64,000 nt of DNA from Minisyncoccota bacterium (GTDB lineage: Bacteria > Patescibacteriota > Microgenomatia > UBA1400 > PJMF01): the NCBI GenBank assembly GCA_009991965.1, contig JAACWQ010000003.1, positions 15,274-79,273 on the forward strand. The letters run 5' to 3'. Position 1 is the stretch's first letter. Each line of letters starts with the position of its first letter. Under the pieces are notes generated by a model, which saw only the letters and a list, made by a program, of their open reading frames with translations, had not been told where the DNA came from and did no database searches. Of the stretch, positions 49,360-61,600 are shown piece after piece. Made by a program: the position numbers and the translations under genes.

Positions 49360-50091
49360 TTATTCTGTCACCTCTGTTGGTTCTGGCTCCACCGTTTCTG
49401 CTGCTGGCTCTTTGATACCAGACGATGCAAAATCGAGTGCTACATCTTTTTGCTTACCCTGTTTGCGGATGCGCAGTGACGAACTGATTGAACCTGGTAC
49501 CGGACCACCAATCCAGATCTCTTGTTCTATAGGATCAACATGTACTATGACGAGTCCCGTGACGGTGACTGTATCGACACCAAAGTGTCCAGGCATTCGC
49601 TTGCCCTTATATACTCTACCTGGAGTCGTACCTGCGCCAATTGAACCGATAGCACGAGTACGATCAGATTGACCATGTGTCTTTGGACCACCTTTGAAAC
49701 CATAGCGTTTCACACCACCAGCAAAACCTCGACCTTTTGATGTGCCTTGCACTTTGACTACATCTCCAACTGAGAGTACATCGAGTGCTGAGACAGTGCT
49801 GCCAACAGCTGGAGCCGTCGTTTCATCAGTTGCGACAAACTTAGTACCGCGTAAAAAACGCGCGCCAACAGCAAAACCGCTCTGAGCAAGCTGAGAGCGG
49901 ACGGGTTTCTTCATGTTTTTGAGGTTTTTTTTGCCATATCCAAGCGTAAGTGCAAAGGTACCTGCAGTATCTGATTCTTTTGAACTTACGACTAAATTCG
50001 GTGCGGTTTTACAACGAGTGACAGCAATACGCTTCCCGGCTGTATTCCAGGCTTGTGTCATGCCAATTTTGGTCACAAATATATCTTGCAT
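49360..50091 (-). CDS. rplC: 50S ribosomal protein L3
   Basis: 'KIGMTQAW' and 'GKGFAGGVKRYGF' are present. Confidence 0.9.
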   Translation of the reverse strand: MQDIFVTKIGMTQAWNTAGKRIAVTRCKTAPNLVVSSKESDTAGTFALTLGYGKKNLKNMKKPVRSQLAQSGFAVGARFLRGTKFVATDETTAPAVGSTVSALDVLSVGDVVKVQGTSKGRGFAGGVKRYGFKGGPKTHGQSDRTRAIGSIGAGTTPGRVYKGKRMPGHFGVDTVTVTGLVIVHVDPIEQEIWIGGPVPGSISSSLRIRKQGKQKDVALDFASSGIKEPAAETVEPEPTEVTE

Positions 50092-50127
50092 ACGTTTTAT
50101 TATCTTTATTTGCCTGGCGCATTCAGC

Positions 50128-50460
50128 TTACATCTTTATTTGAATTGATACTCCGGCTGGTAACTCTAGATGCATTAATGAATCTATAGTCTTACTTGTT
50201 GGGTTAACGATATCGAGCATGCGTTTGTGTGTTCTGATCTCAAAATGCTCTTGGGCATTCTTGTCTGAGTGTGGCGAGGTCAAAACGGTGAATTCGCGAA
50301 TGTTCGTTGGCAAAGGGACTGGGCCTACCACCTGTGCGCCAGTAGAAAGGGTTGTTTCAAGGATTTTCTTACTTGCTTCATCAATTACTCGATGGTCGTA
50401 AGACTTGAGACGGACTCTGATCTTGTTAACTGGTGCCGCTGTTTTATCTTGTTTTGCCAT
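50128..50460 (-). CDS. rpsJ: 30S ribosomal protein S10
   Basis: '[17 protein letters not shown]' is present. Homology favours the start at MAKQDK (50460) over the upstream Met at 50499. Confidence 0.85.
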   Translation of the reverse strand: MAKQDKTAAPVNKIRVRLKSYDHRVIDEASKKILETTLSTGAQVVGPVPLPTNIREFTVLTSPHSDKNAQEHFEIRTHKRMLDIVNPTSKTIDSLMHLELPAGVSIQIKM

Positions 50461-50552
50461 GTATCTTTCTTGACCAAATCGTAGGGTGCGATTATACAAA
50501 CATTTTCTCGAGAAGTAAACCCCGTCACTCGAGATTGAGTTGTATGATCGGC

Positions 50553-50588
50553 AGAAAAAAGAAGCGCCCGAGGTTTCCTCGAGCGCTA
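50553..50588 (-). terminator. Rho-independent terminator downstream of tuf
   Basis: On the minus strand: AGCGCUCGAGG-AAA-CCUCGGGCGCU hairpin (one mismatch) followed by UUUUUU. Confidence 0.55.
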
Positions 50589-50607
50589 CCCAATTCTTTT
50601 CTTTGTT

Positions 50608-51804
50608 TTACTTCAGGATTTTGGTTATTGCTCCTGCACCAATAGTGTGTCCGCCTTCACGAATTGCAAAACGCAATCCCTCGTGTAGAGCTACTGGCAC
50701 TATCAATTTTACAGTCATCTTGGCATTATCGCCAGGAATTACCATTTCTACACCTTCTGGCAAAGAGATCTCGCCAGTTACATCTGTGGTTCTGATGTAG
50801 AACTGTGGTCGGTAACCTGTGAAGAATGGTTTGTGACGACCACCCTCTTCTTTGGTAAGAATGTATACCTCTGCCTCAAAATCGGTGTGTGGCTTTGCTG
50901 TTCCTGGTTTTGCAAGAACTTGTCCGCGCTCAACATCATCTTTGCCGACACCGCGCAAGAGAATTCCGACGTTATCGCCAGCTTCACCTTGATCGAGCAT
51001 CTTTCGGAACATTTCAACACCAGTAACGGTTGTTTTCTGTGCCTTGTGCAAACCGACGATTTCAATTTCTTCGCCAACTTTGACAATACCGGTTGCGATT
51101 CTGCCAGTGACAACAGTGCCTCTTCCTTTGATAGAGAAGACATCTTCGATAGGCATAGAGAATGGTTTGTCAAGTTCTCGAACTGGATCTGGAATATACG
51201 AGTCAACAGTGTCCATGAGCTCCATGATTTTATCTTGAGCCGCTGAATCACCCTCGAGAGCCTTAAGTGCACTAACGCGAACAATCGGAGTCTTGTCACC
51301 ATCATAACCATATTTAGTGAGCAATTCGCGAACTTCCATTTCGACCAAGTCGAGCAACTCTGCGTCGTCAACCATATCACACTTGTTCAGTGCGACCACA
51401 ATTTGTGGAACGTTCACCTGCTTGGCCAAGAGAATGTGCTCTCTTGTTTGTGGCATAGGACCATCGGTAGCTGCGACAACCAAAATTGCACCGTCCATCT
51501 GAGCGGCACCAGTGATCATGTTTTTGATGTAGTCAGCATGTCCTGGAGCATCGATGTGTGCGTAGTGACGCTTTGCTGTTTCGTACTCTATGTGAGAAAT
51601 GTTAATCGTAACACCACGAGCAGCCTCTTCTGGAGCATTGTCAATATCGCCATAACCCATGGCTTTATTAATATCTGAGGGTACTCTTGCAGCTAGCGTT
51701 GTGGTAATTGCTGCTGAGAGTGTTGTTTTACCGTGATCAACGTGACCGATTGTCCCGATGTTTACGTGTTGTTTGTTGCGAACAAATTTTTTTGCGTCTG
51801 CCAT
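50608..51804 (-). CDS. tuf: Elongation factor Tu
   Basis: '[10 protein letters not shown]', 'DAPGHADY', 'NKCD' and full-length EF-Tu similarity support the call. Confidence 0.97.
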   Translation of the reverse strand: MADAKKFVRNKQHVNIGTIGHVDHGKTTLSAAITTTLAARVPSDINKAMGYGDIDNAPEEAARGVTINISHIEYETAKRHYAHIDAPGHADYIKNMITGAAQMDGAILVVAATDGPMPQTREHILLAKQVNVPQIVVALNKCDMVDDAELLDLVEMEVRELLTKYGYDGDKTPIVRVSALKALEGDSAAQDKIMELMDTVDSYIPDPVRELDKPFSMPIEDVFSIKGRGTVVTGRIATGIVKVGEEIEIVGLHKAQKTTVTGVEMFRKMLDQGEAGDNVGILLRGVGKDDVERGQVLAKPGTAKPHTDFEAEVYILTKEEGGRHKPFFTGYRPQFYIRTTDVTGEISLPEGVEMVIPGDNAKMTVKLIVPVALHEGLRFAIREGGHTIGAGAITKILK

Positions 51805-51837
51805 TGTGCCTCCGTTTTTTATACTTTCAAACTACTA

Positions 51838-53964
51838 CTATTTTTGTCGTTCTGCGATAATTTTTTCTGTAATTGATTGCGGTACGATCTCATAATGACT
51901 TGGAAGCATCACTGAAGACGCTCTACCTTGAGTCATGCTTCTGAGGATTGTAACATAGCCCTGCATCTCTGCCAATGGCGCGAGTGCGGTGATGATGGTT
52001 GTTGCACCTCGAGTTGCGGTGCCTTGAATTTGCGCTCTACGTGAGCCTAAATCTCCGATAACATCTCCCATAAAGTCATCTGGGGTAGAAACCTCAAGTT
52101 TCATGATTGGCTCGAGCAAAACCATACCAGCAGTCTTGACACCTTCGCGCATACCGAGGGATCCGGCCATCTTAAATGACAACTCACTTGAGTCAACGTC
52201 GTGATATGAACCATCGTACAAGGCAACTGCGATATCGGTCATTGGGTAGCCAGCAAGAAATCCGCGCTCGAGTGATTCTTGGATACCCTTGTTTGCAGGT
52301 TCTATGTACTCTCTGGGAACTGAGCCACCAGTAACTTCATTTTTGAATTCGTAACCAGTACCTCTGTCTTTTGGTTCCAGACGAAGTAGTACGTGACCAT
52401 ATTGTCCGCGACCACCGCTCTGCTTAATATATTTACCTTCTGCCTCGACAACTTTGGTAATTGTTTCTTTATATGCAACTTGTGGTTTTCCAACATCGGC
52501 ATCGACACCAAACTCACGCTTCATACGATCGACAATGATTTCAAGATGTAACTCACCCATGCCACCGATGATTGTCTGGCCAGTGTCCACATTTGAACTG
52601 ATTTTGAATGTTGGATCTTCTTCGCCGAGCTTGGCCAAAGCCATACCCATTTTTTCTTGATCAGACTTGGTTCGTGGTTCGATAGCAAGTGAGATAACAG
52701 GTTCGGAGAAGGTGATACCTTCAAGAATGATTGGATTTGCTTCGTCACAGAGTGTGTCGCCCGTCTTAGTTTCTTTGAGACCAACAATTGCAACGATCTC
52801 GCCCGCGCGCGCTTCGGTGATTTCTTCGCGCTGATTTGCATGCATGAGGAGCAAGCGTCCGACACGTTCTTTCTTTTTTCGGGTGGAGTTATAGGTGTAG
52901 GTGCCTGATTGTAAAACACCAGAATACACTCGACAGTAGGTGAGCTTACCAACGTGTGGGTCTGTCTGGATTTTGAACGCCAACAAACTCAATTTTTCTT
53001 CTGGAACAAGCTTGCGTACTACTTCTTCGTCAGTCTTCGGGTTGGTGCCAGTAATGTGATCAATGTCTGTTGGTGATGGCAAGTACTCTACAACTGCATC
53101 AAGTACGGGTTGAACACCGGTATTTTTGAGTGAAGAACCAGCAAAAACAGGAACTAGTTTGTATGCGATAACAGCACGTCGCAGCGCAGCTTTTAACTCT
53201 TCTACAGTTATTTCTTCTTCTGCAAAAAACTTTTCGAGCAATGCGTCGTCAGTCTCAGCAATCGCCTCTACAAGCACTGCGCGCATTTTCTCTACTTCTT
53301 CTTTGTATTTTTCTGGAACTTCTTTGACTTCTGGTTCTGTAGCTGCTGCAGAGTCATGCCAGTACAACGCCTTACGCTCAATCAGTTGGATGACACCTTC
53401 AAAGTCATTTTCTGCACCCATTGGCAAAACCATAACCGCAGGAATAACTCCAAATTTTACTCTGATATCTTCGACTGTAGCCATAAAATCCGCACCAAGT
53501 TTGTCCATTTTATTGACAAAACAAATTCGTGGTACATTGTATTTATCTGCTTGGCGCCAAACGGTTTCGGATTGTGACTGCACGCCCTCACTGGCATCCA
53601 GCACAGTCACGCCGCCATCAAGCACGCGAAGGCTGCGTTCTACTTCAGCAGTAAAATCGACATGCCCTGGGGTGTCAATAATGTTGAGTCGATATGGCGC
53701 TTTGACTAAATTTGTCTCGAGATATGGTGTCCAAAACGTCGTGGTTGCAGCGGAAACAATCGTGATGCCTCGCTCTTGCTCTTGTGCCATCCAGTCCATA
53801 GTTGCAGCACCTTCGTGAACCTCACCAATTTTGTATGTTTTTCCGGTAAAAAATAGAATACGCTCTGTAGTTGTGGTTTTACCTGCATCAATATGAGCAA
53901 TAATGCCGATATTACGAATGCGGGTTAAAGGAACTTGCTGGGATTTTGGAGACGGGGTAGCCAT
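51838..53964 (-). CDS. fusA: Elongation factor G
   Basis: '[15 protein letters not shown]', 'DTPGHVDF' and 'NKMDK' are present. It is 708 aa. Confidence 0.97.
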   Translation of the reverse strand: MATPSPKSQQVPLTRIRNIGIIAHIDAGKTTTTERILFFTGKTYKIGEVHEGAATMDWMAQEQERGITIVSAATTTFWTPYLETNLVKAPYRLNIIDTPGHVDFTAEVERSLRVLDGGVTVLDASEGVQSQSETVWRQADKYNVPRICFVNKMDKLGADFMATVEDIRVKFGVIPAVMVLPMGAENDFEGVIQLIERKALYWHDSAAATEPEVKEVPEKYKEEVEKMRAVLVEAIAETDDALLEKFFAEEEITVEELKAALRRAVIAYKLVPVFAGSSLKNTGVQPVLDAVVEYLPSPTDIDHITGTNPKTDEEVVRKLVPEEKLSLLAFKIQTDPHVGKLTYCRVYSGVLQSGTYTYNSTRKKKERVGRLLLMHANQREEITEARAGEIVAIVGLKETKTGDTLCDEANPIILEGITFSEPVISLAIEPRTKSDQEKMGMALAKLGEEDPTFKISSNVDTGQTIIGGMGELHLEIIVDRMKREFGVDADVGKPQVAYKETITKVVEAEGKYIKQSGGRGQYGHVLLRLEPKDRGTGYEFKNEVTGGSVPREYIEPANKGIQESLERGFLAGYPMTDIAVALYDGSYHDVDSSELSFKMAGSLGMREGVKTAGMVLLEPIMKLEVSTPDDFMGDVIGDLGSRRAQIQGTATRGATTIITALAPLAEMQGYVTILRSMTQGRASSVMLPSHYEIVPQSITEKIIAERQK

Positions 53965-53973
53965 AGGAATCGC

Positions 53974-54450
53974 TTACCAACGGAAATGAGCAAATGCTTT
54001 ATTGGCCTCAGCCATACGGTGCGCTGTCTGCTTGCGATTAATTGTGCCACCAGTGTTATCGAGTGCATCAAGCATTTCTGCGGCCAACTTTTCACCAAAT
54101 GAGTGAAACTGCTTGCTTGGTCGTTTGTTAGATTCTTGCACTAACCAACGCAAAGCAAGTGCCTCACTACGACGAGGTCGTACTGGCATTGGCACCTGAT
54201 ATGCGGCGCCGCCAACACGACGAGAGCGAACTTCCATCTGTGGGGTAACTGCAACCAGGACAGTGTTGAGTAGATCAATTGGTTTCAGCTTAGATTTTGT
54301 GGCGGCGAGTTCGAGTGCGTTGTAGACTTGTTTCTTTGCCACACTCTGTTTGCCGTCTTTCATGACGTAGTTAATCAGACGAGCAACAACGATTGAATCG
54401 TATTTGCCATCTGGAGCAACTGTTCTAACTGGAGGTCGTTTTGATCGCAT
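53974..54450 (-). CDS. rpsG: 30S ribosomal protein S7
   Basis: 'VAVTPQMEVRSRRVGGAAYQVP' is present. Confidence 0.95.
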   Translation of the reverse strand: MRSKRPPVRTVAPDGKYDSIVVARLINYVMKDGKQSVAKKQVYNALELAATKSKLKPIDLLNTVLVAVTPQMEVRSRRVGGAAYQVPMPVRPRRSEALALRWLVQESNKRPSKQFHSFGEKLAAEMLDALDNTGGTINRKQTAHRMAEANKAFAHFRW

Positions 54451-54466
54451 AATTCTTTAACGGGGA

Positions 54467-54874
54467 TTAGCCACGCTTCACACCATATTTACTACGACTG
54501 GTCTTGCGTCCATCTACGCCAGTGGCATCAAACTTACCACGCACGATGTGATACTTCACACCAGGTAAATCTTTGACACGACCACCGCGGACTAGCACAA
54601 TACTATGCTCTGCTAGAGAGTGACCCTCGCCCATGATGTAGGCGGTGACCTCCATCTTGTTGGACAAACGAACACGAGCAACTTTACGCAATGCAGAGTT
54701 AGGTTTCTTTGGCGTCATCGTCTTGACGACAGTACAAACACCACGTTTTTGTGGATTATTTGTCTTGACTGGACGACCCGTATTTGAGTTGAAACTGCGA
54801 CGCAATGCACTTGCTTTAATCGTAGCTGGTTTGCTTCTGCGGCCTTTGCGAACTAGTTGATTTATTGTTGGCAT
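54467..54874 (-). CDS. rpsL: 30S ribosomal protein S12
   Basis: '[12 protein letters not shown]' and '[16 protein letters not shown]' are present. Confidence 0.97.
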   Translation of the reverse strand: MPTINQLVRKGRRSKPATIKASALRRSFNSNTGRPVKTNNPQKRGVCTVVKTMTPKKPNSALRKVARVRLSNKMEVTAYIMGEGHSLAEHSIVLVRGGRVKDLPGVKYHIVRGKFDATGVDGRKTSRSKYGVKRG

Positions 54875-54937
54875 ATATTTCTCTCTTCGAGATTCATGAT
54901 TTTATCACATCCCCTGCCTGAGTGCAGAGGTAAACCA

Positions 54938-57900
54938 TTAAATTCTTGCTCGCTCCTCACTTGTCGGGATTAAGCGACCAATAATAACGTTCTCTTTGAG
55001 TCCTTGCAGTTCGTCGACAGCTCCAATACTCGCAGCGTCGGTGAGGATGTGTTTCGTATGCTGGAATGATGCAGCAGAGAGCCATGAGTCTGTGTACAAC
55101 GAAGAGCGAGTTATGCCAAGGAATAGTACCTTTGCAGTTGCAGGCTCACCACCAGCAGCGATTGTCTCTTCATTGATCTGACTAAAGCGACTGCGTTGTG
55201 CAATTTCTCCTGCCAAGAATGAGGTGTCGCCTGATGCTTCGATCTGCAATTTGTCGCTCATCTTGCGCACAATCACTTCAAAATGCTTGTCGTGAATTGG
55301 AATACCTTGTGATTCGTATACACGTTGCACTTCTCGAACCAAATGCTGTTGCACCGGCAAGAGTCCCTGCAATTGCAGCATCTCGCGTAGGTTAATCGAA
55401 CCAGCAGTAAGCTGCTGACCGATGTGAACCAAGTCACCGTCTTCGACGATTATTGGTGTGCGAGACGAGATTGTGTACTCGACTTTATCCGTGGTTCCAA
55501 TCGTAATAATTGTTTCATCGTCTTTGGTTTTGATCTTCACCTTACCCGCAACTTCGGCAATTAATGCCTGATTTTTGGGAATACGTGCCTCGAGTAATTC
55601 TTCGACCCGTGGCAAACCCTGAGTAACATCAAGACCGAGAATACCACCTGAGTGCTTCACACGCATAGTCAGCTGTGTACCCGGTTCACCAATAGATTGT
55701 GCTGCGACAATACCGACTGGAACACCGAGTTGCACCATGTCGTGGGTGGAAAAATCCCAACCATAACACTGTGAGCACATACCCTTGATCGCTTGACAAG
55801 CAAGTGGGGATCGAACAAATACTGGACTGATATTTGCATCGGCAATTTCTTGAGACAAAACTGGAGTAATAATTTCTCCCTGTTTGACCAAGGTTTTTTT
55901 GCCAAACTTGATGTCTTGCGCAGCAATGCGACCCATGATTCTGGTGGCATAAATATCTGGTCGATCTGCTTGAACGACTTCGATGCCTTCCGTTGCACCA
56001 CAGTCTTCGAGTCTGATGATAACGTCATGCGCTACATCACACAAACGACGAGTGAGATATCCTGCATCCGCAGTTTTAATAGCAGAGTCAGTCAAACCTT
56101 TTCTCGAACCACGTGCAGAGGTCACATACTCAAAGATAGAAAGGCCTTCGCGGAAATTGGACTTCGTCGGCATTTCCACAATGTTACCTAATGGATCTAC
56201 AACCAAGCCCCGCATAGCAGCGAGCTGTTTGACCTGATCCTTGGAAGCACGAGTACCTCCGGAGTTAATCATAACTTTGACCGCATTGGTCTCTGCATAT
56301 GAATTCCAGGTTTTCTCTGCAACAGTGTCAGTGGTCTTAATCCATACATCGAATGCAAGGCGTTTGCGCTCATCAGCAGAGATGCTTCCCTCAAGGTATT
56401 CCTCTTGGATTGTCTCTACCTGTTTATTTGCTAACTCAACAATGTCATTTTTCTCTGGAATCATGGCGCAGTCAGTCACTGAAACTGAAAGTCCAGAATC
56501 TGTCGCTGCGCGGAATCCGAGATCTTTGATGTCATCGATAAGAGCAGAAACTTCATCGCGTTCGTGCACTTGAATCGCTCGAGTCACAATTTGCTTAATG
56601 CGCTGGGCATTGACTGGCTCATTGATAAACTCGAAGGAGTCTGGCAAAACTGCGTTGAACATCAATCGTCCGACTGTGGTTTCGAGTCGCTCAAACTTAC
56701 CCGCTATTTCCAAACGAACAGTGATCAATTGACGACGAGTGATATGACCTGTCTGGAATGCGAACAAAGCTTCTTGCGTGTTTGCAAATACCTTTGGGAA
56801 TGCTGGCTTATCTTCATTAGCAATGGTGAGGTAGTAAATACCCATAGCCATCTCTTTGTTTGGCACTGTGATAGGTTCACCATTTGCTGGCTTCAACAAA
56901 TTATGTGTTGCAAGCATAAGACTACTTGCCTCGGCTTGTGCCTCAACAGTCAGTGGTACGTGCACAGCCATCTGGTCACCGTCAAAATCAGCGTTATAAC
57001 CTGAACACACACAAGGATGCAGGCGGATCGCATTTCCCTCAATCAAAATTGGGAAAAATGACTGCATACCTAGTTTATGCAAAGTTGGCGCACGGTTCAA
57101 AATAACTGGATGATTGGTGGTGACTTGCTCAAGAATGTCGTACACCATAGGCTCTCGACGCTCAATAAGTTGTCGCGCACTCTTAACGTTTGGCGCAACT
57201 CCTTGCACGATCAACTCGCGCAAAACATATGGCTTAAAGATCTCAAGCGCCATGTCTTTTGGAATACCGCACTCATTGAGTTTTAGTTCTGGACCAACAA
57301 CGATAACTGATCTTCCAGAGTAGTCAACCCGTTTGCCCAACAAATTTTGTCGGAAACGACCTTGTTTGCCACGCAACATTTCACTGAGTGATTTGAGTGG
57401 TCTACGAGTCGCTCTTCGTCGAGATTGACGCGCTTGTGTGCCATCAATCAGCGAGTCTACTGCTTCTTGCAACATACGTTTTTCATTACGCAAAATGATT
57501 TCTGGTGCACCAAGATCAAGCAAGTGCTTCAGACGGTTGTTACGGTTAATTACTCGACGATACAGGTCATTAAGATCTGAAGTAGCAAATCTACCGCCAC
57601 TGAGCTGGACCATAGGTCGCAAATCTGGAGGGATAACTGGCAATATGTTGAGGAACATCCAGGTTGGATCGATCTGAGCCTTCTGCATGCCCTCGATTAC
57701 TCGAAGTCGTTTGGTGGCTTTGATTCGTCTTGCACCCTTACTCTCATTCATTTCTATGCGTAACTTCTCTACCAAGTCGTCGAGCTTCAGTTCTTGTACG
57801 AGCTCGAGCAGACTCTCGGCACCCATACCAACGCGCAAGTGAGAAGCAACGTCGTACTCTTCAATCTTGAGGTACTCATCTTCGGAAAGAATCACACCGA

Positions 57901-58615
57901 GGTTGATTTTCTTTACCATTGACTTCAGCGCTTTGTAAATCTCTTCTGTCTGAACAGTTTGGCTGTCGAGCTGCTTCTTGAGTGAAGCAATCTTATTTTT
58001 TGCTTTAAGCTGTAACTCAGAAACTTTGAGTTGCAATGTCTCTTTGTTGGTGACTTTTTCTTTGAGACTAACGAGATTTGTTTTGAGCGCTTCTGTTACT
58101 TTTTCCATCTCTGTTTTGGCAACATCTTTTAGCTCGTCCACTGCAGCGACCAAGTCGACATCCATTTTTTCGAGATTTTGTACTTTTTCGTCGTTATCTA
58201 TCTCGAGCACAATGTATTTTGAAAAATACACGAGGGCATTAATATTTCTTGGCGAGATATCGAGCAACAATGAAAGCTTAGAAGGAGCTCCTTTGAAAAA
58301 CCAAATGTGTGAAACAGGTGCGGCCAAACTAATGTGGCCCATACGCTCTCGACGAACTTTTGCCTGGGTAACTTCGACACCACACTTATCGCAAATAATA
58401 CCGCGATACCGGATTCGTTTGTACTTACCACAGTAACACTCATAATCCTTCATTGGGCCAAAGATTTTCTCGTCAAAAAGACCATCTTTTTCTGCTCGAA
58501 GCGAGCGGTAGTTGATGGTTTCTGGCTTACGAACCTCGCCGAACGACCAAGACTTAATCACTTCTGGTGAAGCAATTCTAATTTCAAGAGCGGTAAAATC
58601 GATCATGTTTTTCAT
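54938..58615 (-). CDS. rpoC: DNA-directed RNA polymerase subunit beta'
   Basis: The zinc-finger 'CYCGKYKRIRYRGIICDKCGVEV', the catalytic 'NADFDGDQMAVHVP' motif and the 1225 aa length support the call. Confidence 0.97.
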   Translation of the reverse strand: MKNMIDFTALEIRIASPEVIKSWSFGEVRKPETINYRSLRAEKDGLFDEKIFGPMKDYECYCGKYKRIRYRGIICDKCGVEVTQAKVRRERMGHISLAAPVSHIWFFKGAPSKLSLLLDISPRNINALVYFSKYIVLEIDNDEKVQNLEKMDVDLVAAVDELKDVAKTEMEKVTEALKTNLVSLKEKVTNKETLQLKVSELQLKAKNKIASLKKQLDSQTVQTEEIYKALKSMVKKINLGVILSEDEYLKIEEYDVASHLRVGMGAESLLELVQELKLDDLVEKLRIEMNESKGARRIKATKRLRVIEGMQKAQIDPTWMFLNILPVIPPDLRPMVQLSGGRFATSDLNDLYRRVINRNNRLKHLLDLGAPEIILRNEKRMLQEAVDSLIDGTQARQSRRRATRRPLKSLSEMLRGKQGRFRQNLLGKRVDYSGRSVIVVGPELKLNECGIPKDMALEIFKPYVLRELIVQGVAPNVKSARQLIERREPMVYDILEQVTTNHPVILNRAPTLHKLGMQSFFPILIEGNAIRLHPCVCSGYNADFDGDQMAVHVPLTVEAQAEASSLMLATHNLLKPANGEPITVPNKEMAMGIYYLTIANEDKPAFPKVFANTQEALFAFQTGHITRRQLITVRLEIAGKFERLETTVGRLMFNAVLPDSFEFINEPVNAQRIKQIVTRAIQVHERDEVSALIDDIKDLGFRAATDSGLSVSVTDCAMIPEKNDIVELANKQVETIQEEYLEGSISADERKRLAFDVWIKTTDTVAEKTWNSYAETNAVKVMINSGGTRASKDQVKQLAAMRGLVVDPLGNIVEMPTKSNFREGLSIFEYVTSARGSRKGLTDSAIKTADAGYLTRRLCDVAHDVIIRLEDCGATEGIEVVQADRPDIYATRIMGRIAAQDIKFGKKTLVKQGEIITPVLSQEIADANISPVFVRSPLACQAIKGMCSQCYGWDFSTHDMVQLGVPVGIVAAQSIGEPGTQLTMRVKHSGGILGLDVTQGLPRVEELLEARIPKNQALIAEVAGKVKIKTKDDETIITIGTTDKVEYTISSRTPIIVEDGDLVHIGQQLTAGSINLREMLQLQGLLPVQQHLVREVQRVYESQGIPIHDKHFEVIVRKMSDKLQIEASGDTSFLAGEIAQRSRFSQINEETIAAGGEPATAKVLFLGITRSSLYTDSWLSAASFQHTKHILTDAASIGAVDELQGLKENVIIGRLIPTSEERARI

Positions 58616-58623
58616 ATGCTCCT

Positions 58624-61600
58624 TTAGTTTTCTTCAGTCACTACTGCTTCTGTATCATCGTCGTCATCTGTTTTCAACAACTCGTCTTCTGAGACCTCTT
58701 CGTCCTCAGCAGGCTCTTCCTCGTCGCCTGTCTCAGGTTCAGTCTCTTCGACGTCATCAACCATATCTGGCTCATCACTATCGAGTTTCAAAACCACTGT
58801 TTCTTCTTCCACTTCTTCTACACCATGTGGTACGACATCTAATCCAAGTGAGTTAAGCTCTCGCATCAGTACTCGGAATGACTCTGGCACAGTTGGTGCT
58901 GGAATCACTTCGCCCTTGACGATGGCTTCGAATGCTTTGGATCGACCCATGACATCATCTGACTTGATCGTCAACATCTCTTGCAGGGTATGTGCTGCGC
59001 GATGTGCTTCGAGTGCCCAGACTTCCATTTCTCCCAAACGCTGGCCGCCCATTTGTGCTTTACCACCCAAAGGTTGCTGCGTGACGAGTGAGTATGGTCC
59101 TGTCGAACGTGCGTGCATCTTGTCTTCAACCATGTGTGAAAGTTTCAAAATATACCCGATACCGACAGTACTTGGCTCACCATAGGTTTCACCAGTGCGA
59201 CCATCAAACAATTGTGCTTTGCCACTGACTGGCAAACCAGCTCGCTCTAATTCTTTCCAAATTTTGTCTTCTTTGAATCGTTCAAAGGCTGGTACTGCGA
59301 TGGTGTAACCAAGTTTCTTGGCTGCCCAACCTGCATGTGCCTCGAGTAATTGACCCAAGTTCATACGAGCAAGTACTGAGAGCGGGGAAATGATGACATC
59401 AACTGGCGTGCCATCTTCTAGATGTGGCATGTCTGCGGTTGGAACGATCTTCGAGATAACACCTTTGTTACCATGTCGACCGGCGAGTTTGTCACCAACG
59501 GTGATTTTTCGCAGTTGTGCAACACGCACTGTTACTTCTTGTAGCGTACCAGGATCGAGTTCATCGCCAGATTCTGAGTTGAGCACCTGTACATCAATGA
59601 CTGTACCGGACTCACCATGTGGCATACGCAGTGAGGTATCACGTACTTCTCGAGATTTTTCTCCAAAAATTGCACGCAATAATCGCTCTTCTGGGGTTAA
59701 TTCTGTTTCACCTTTTGGCGCAATTTTTCCAACTAAGATATCGCCAGAACTTACCACACTACCAACACGGACAACACCTTCTTCTGTCAGATTACTCAGG
59801 AAAATCTCAGCAACATTTGGAATGTCGCTCGTGAGTTCTTCCGGGCCAAGTTTTGTATCCATTACTTTTGCTTTGAACTCATTGATTTGAATTGAAGTCA
59901 AAACATCCTCACGAACTAATCGCTCAGAGATAACAATGGCGTCTTCGTACCCCAAACCGTCAAATGAGGTGTAGGCAATCACGACATTACTGCCGAGAGC
60001 CAACTCACCATGATCGGAAGCAGGGCCATCAATAATGACGTCGCCAGCGGTAATTTTTTGTCCAACAGTAACAATAGGGGTCTGTGAGTAACAAGTACTC
60101 TGTGACGTACGAACAAATTTTTCTACCAAGTAAGTCTCGATATCACCCTTCAGGAAAGTTGTTTCGTCATTGAGTGAAAGATCAACTTTTGCTGCATCTG
60201 CTTTGGAAAGCTTGATCTGCACCTTGGTACCATCGACACTTGCGACTACGCCGCTGTTTCGAGCTTTGACAGAACGATGCATAGCAGTTGCGACCTCAGT
60301 CTCCATGCCAGTACCAACAATTGGCGCCTGCGGCTTGATCAGCGGAACAGCCTGACACTGCATATGTGTACCCATCAGTGCTCTATTTGCTTCGTCATGT
60401 GCGATAAATGGAATCAGTGAGGCCGAAGTACCGACAACTTGTCGAGGTACAACGTCGATGTACTGAACATCAGTTACTGGACCTTCAATAAAGGTGTTCA
60501 TGTAACGGATAGGCACCCACTCATCGACAATATTGTTATCTTTGTCTAGATCAATACTACGGTGAGTAATCTTGTAATCTTCTTCTTCGTCTGCAGAAAG
60601 GTAAATTATTTCATCTGAAACGTGCATTTTCGAACCAGCTTTTTTCACTGGCTGATACGGAGCTTCGAGAAAGCCGAAATTATTTACTCGAGCGTACAGC
60701 GATAAATAGGTTACCAAACCAATGTTTGGACCTTCAGGTGAACGTACGGGGTCAATTCTCGAGTACTGTGAAGCATTGATATCACGCATCGAAAATGAAG
60801 CGCGCTCACGAGTAACTCCACCAGTGCCCATGACGGACAAACGGCGAAGGTTATCAATTTCAGAAAGTGGATTTGTTTGATCGAGAATAGTCGACAAACG
60901 ATTACGACGGAAAAATTCGGAAATAGTTGCGATGAGTGGACGGGCATTGACCAAACTTGCTGGACTGAGTAATTCATCAGTTTTGGTCAGAGACATCTTC
61001 TCTCGAATAGAGCGCTCAAGGCGAATCAGACCAATGCGGAAGGCTGACTCTTGTACCAGCTCACCAATTTGGCGAACTCGGCGGTTACTTAAGTGATCAA
61101 TATCATCGGTCTTGCCAATACCATTTTGCAGCAAGATCAAGTACTTCACAGCAGAAATAATATCTTCTGGAGTCAAAATAGTTGTGTCTTTGTCAGTTTT
61201 GAGAGACAAACGTCGGTTGAGTTTATAACGACCAACTTTGCCAAGATCATAACGTCTGCGATCGAAGAACAATTGGGTGAGATATTCTTTGGCAGTTTCT
61301 ACAACAGCTGGTTCGCCAGGACGCATTTTTTCATAAATCTCAATGAGTGCCTCTGCTTGTGAGCGCGTAGTATCTTTGGTGAGGGTGGTTTGGACAAGAT
61401 CAAATTCATCTTGACCGATTTCATTACGGAGTAATTCGGTAATTTCTTCGTCTGAACTGTAACCAAGAGCGCGCAAAAGTGTCGTGGCAGGAATTTTTCG
61501 TCTTCGGTCAATTTTGACAGTGATGACATTTTTCTTACCAACAGTCAATTCAAGCCAAGAACCACGCTTTGGACGAAGTTCTGCGGTGAACAATTGCTTG

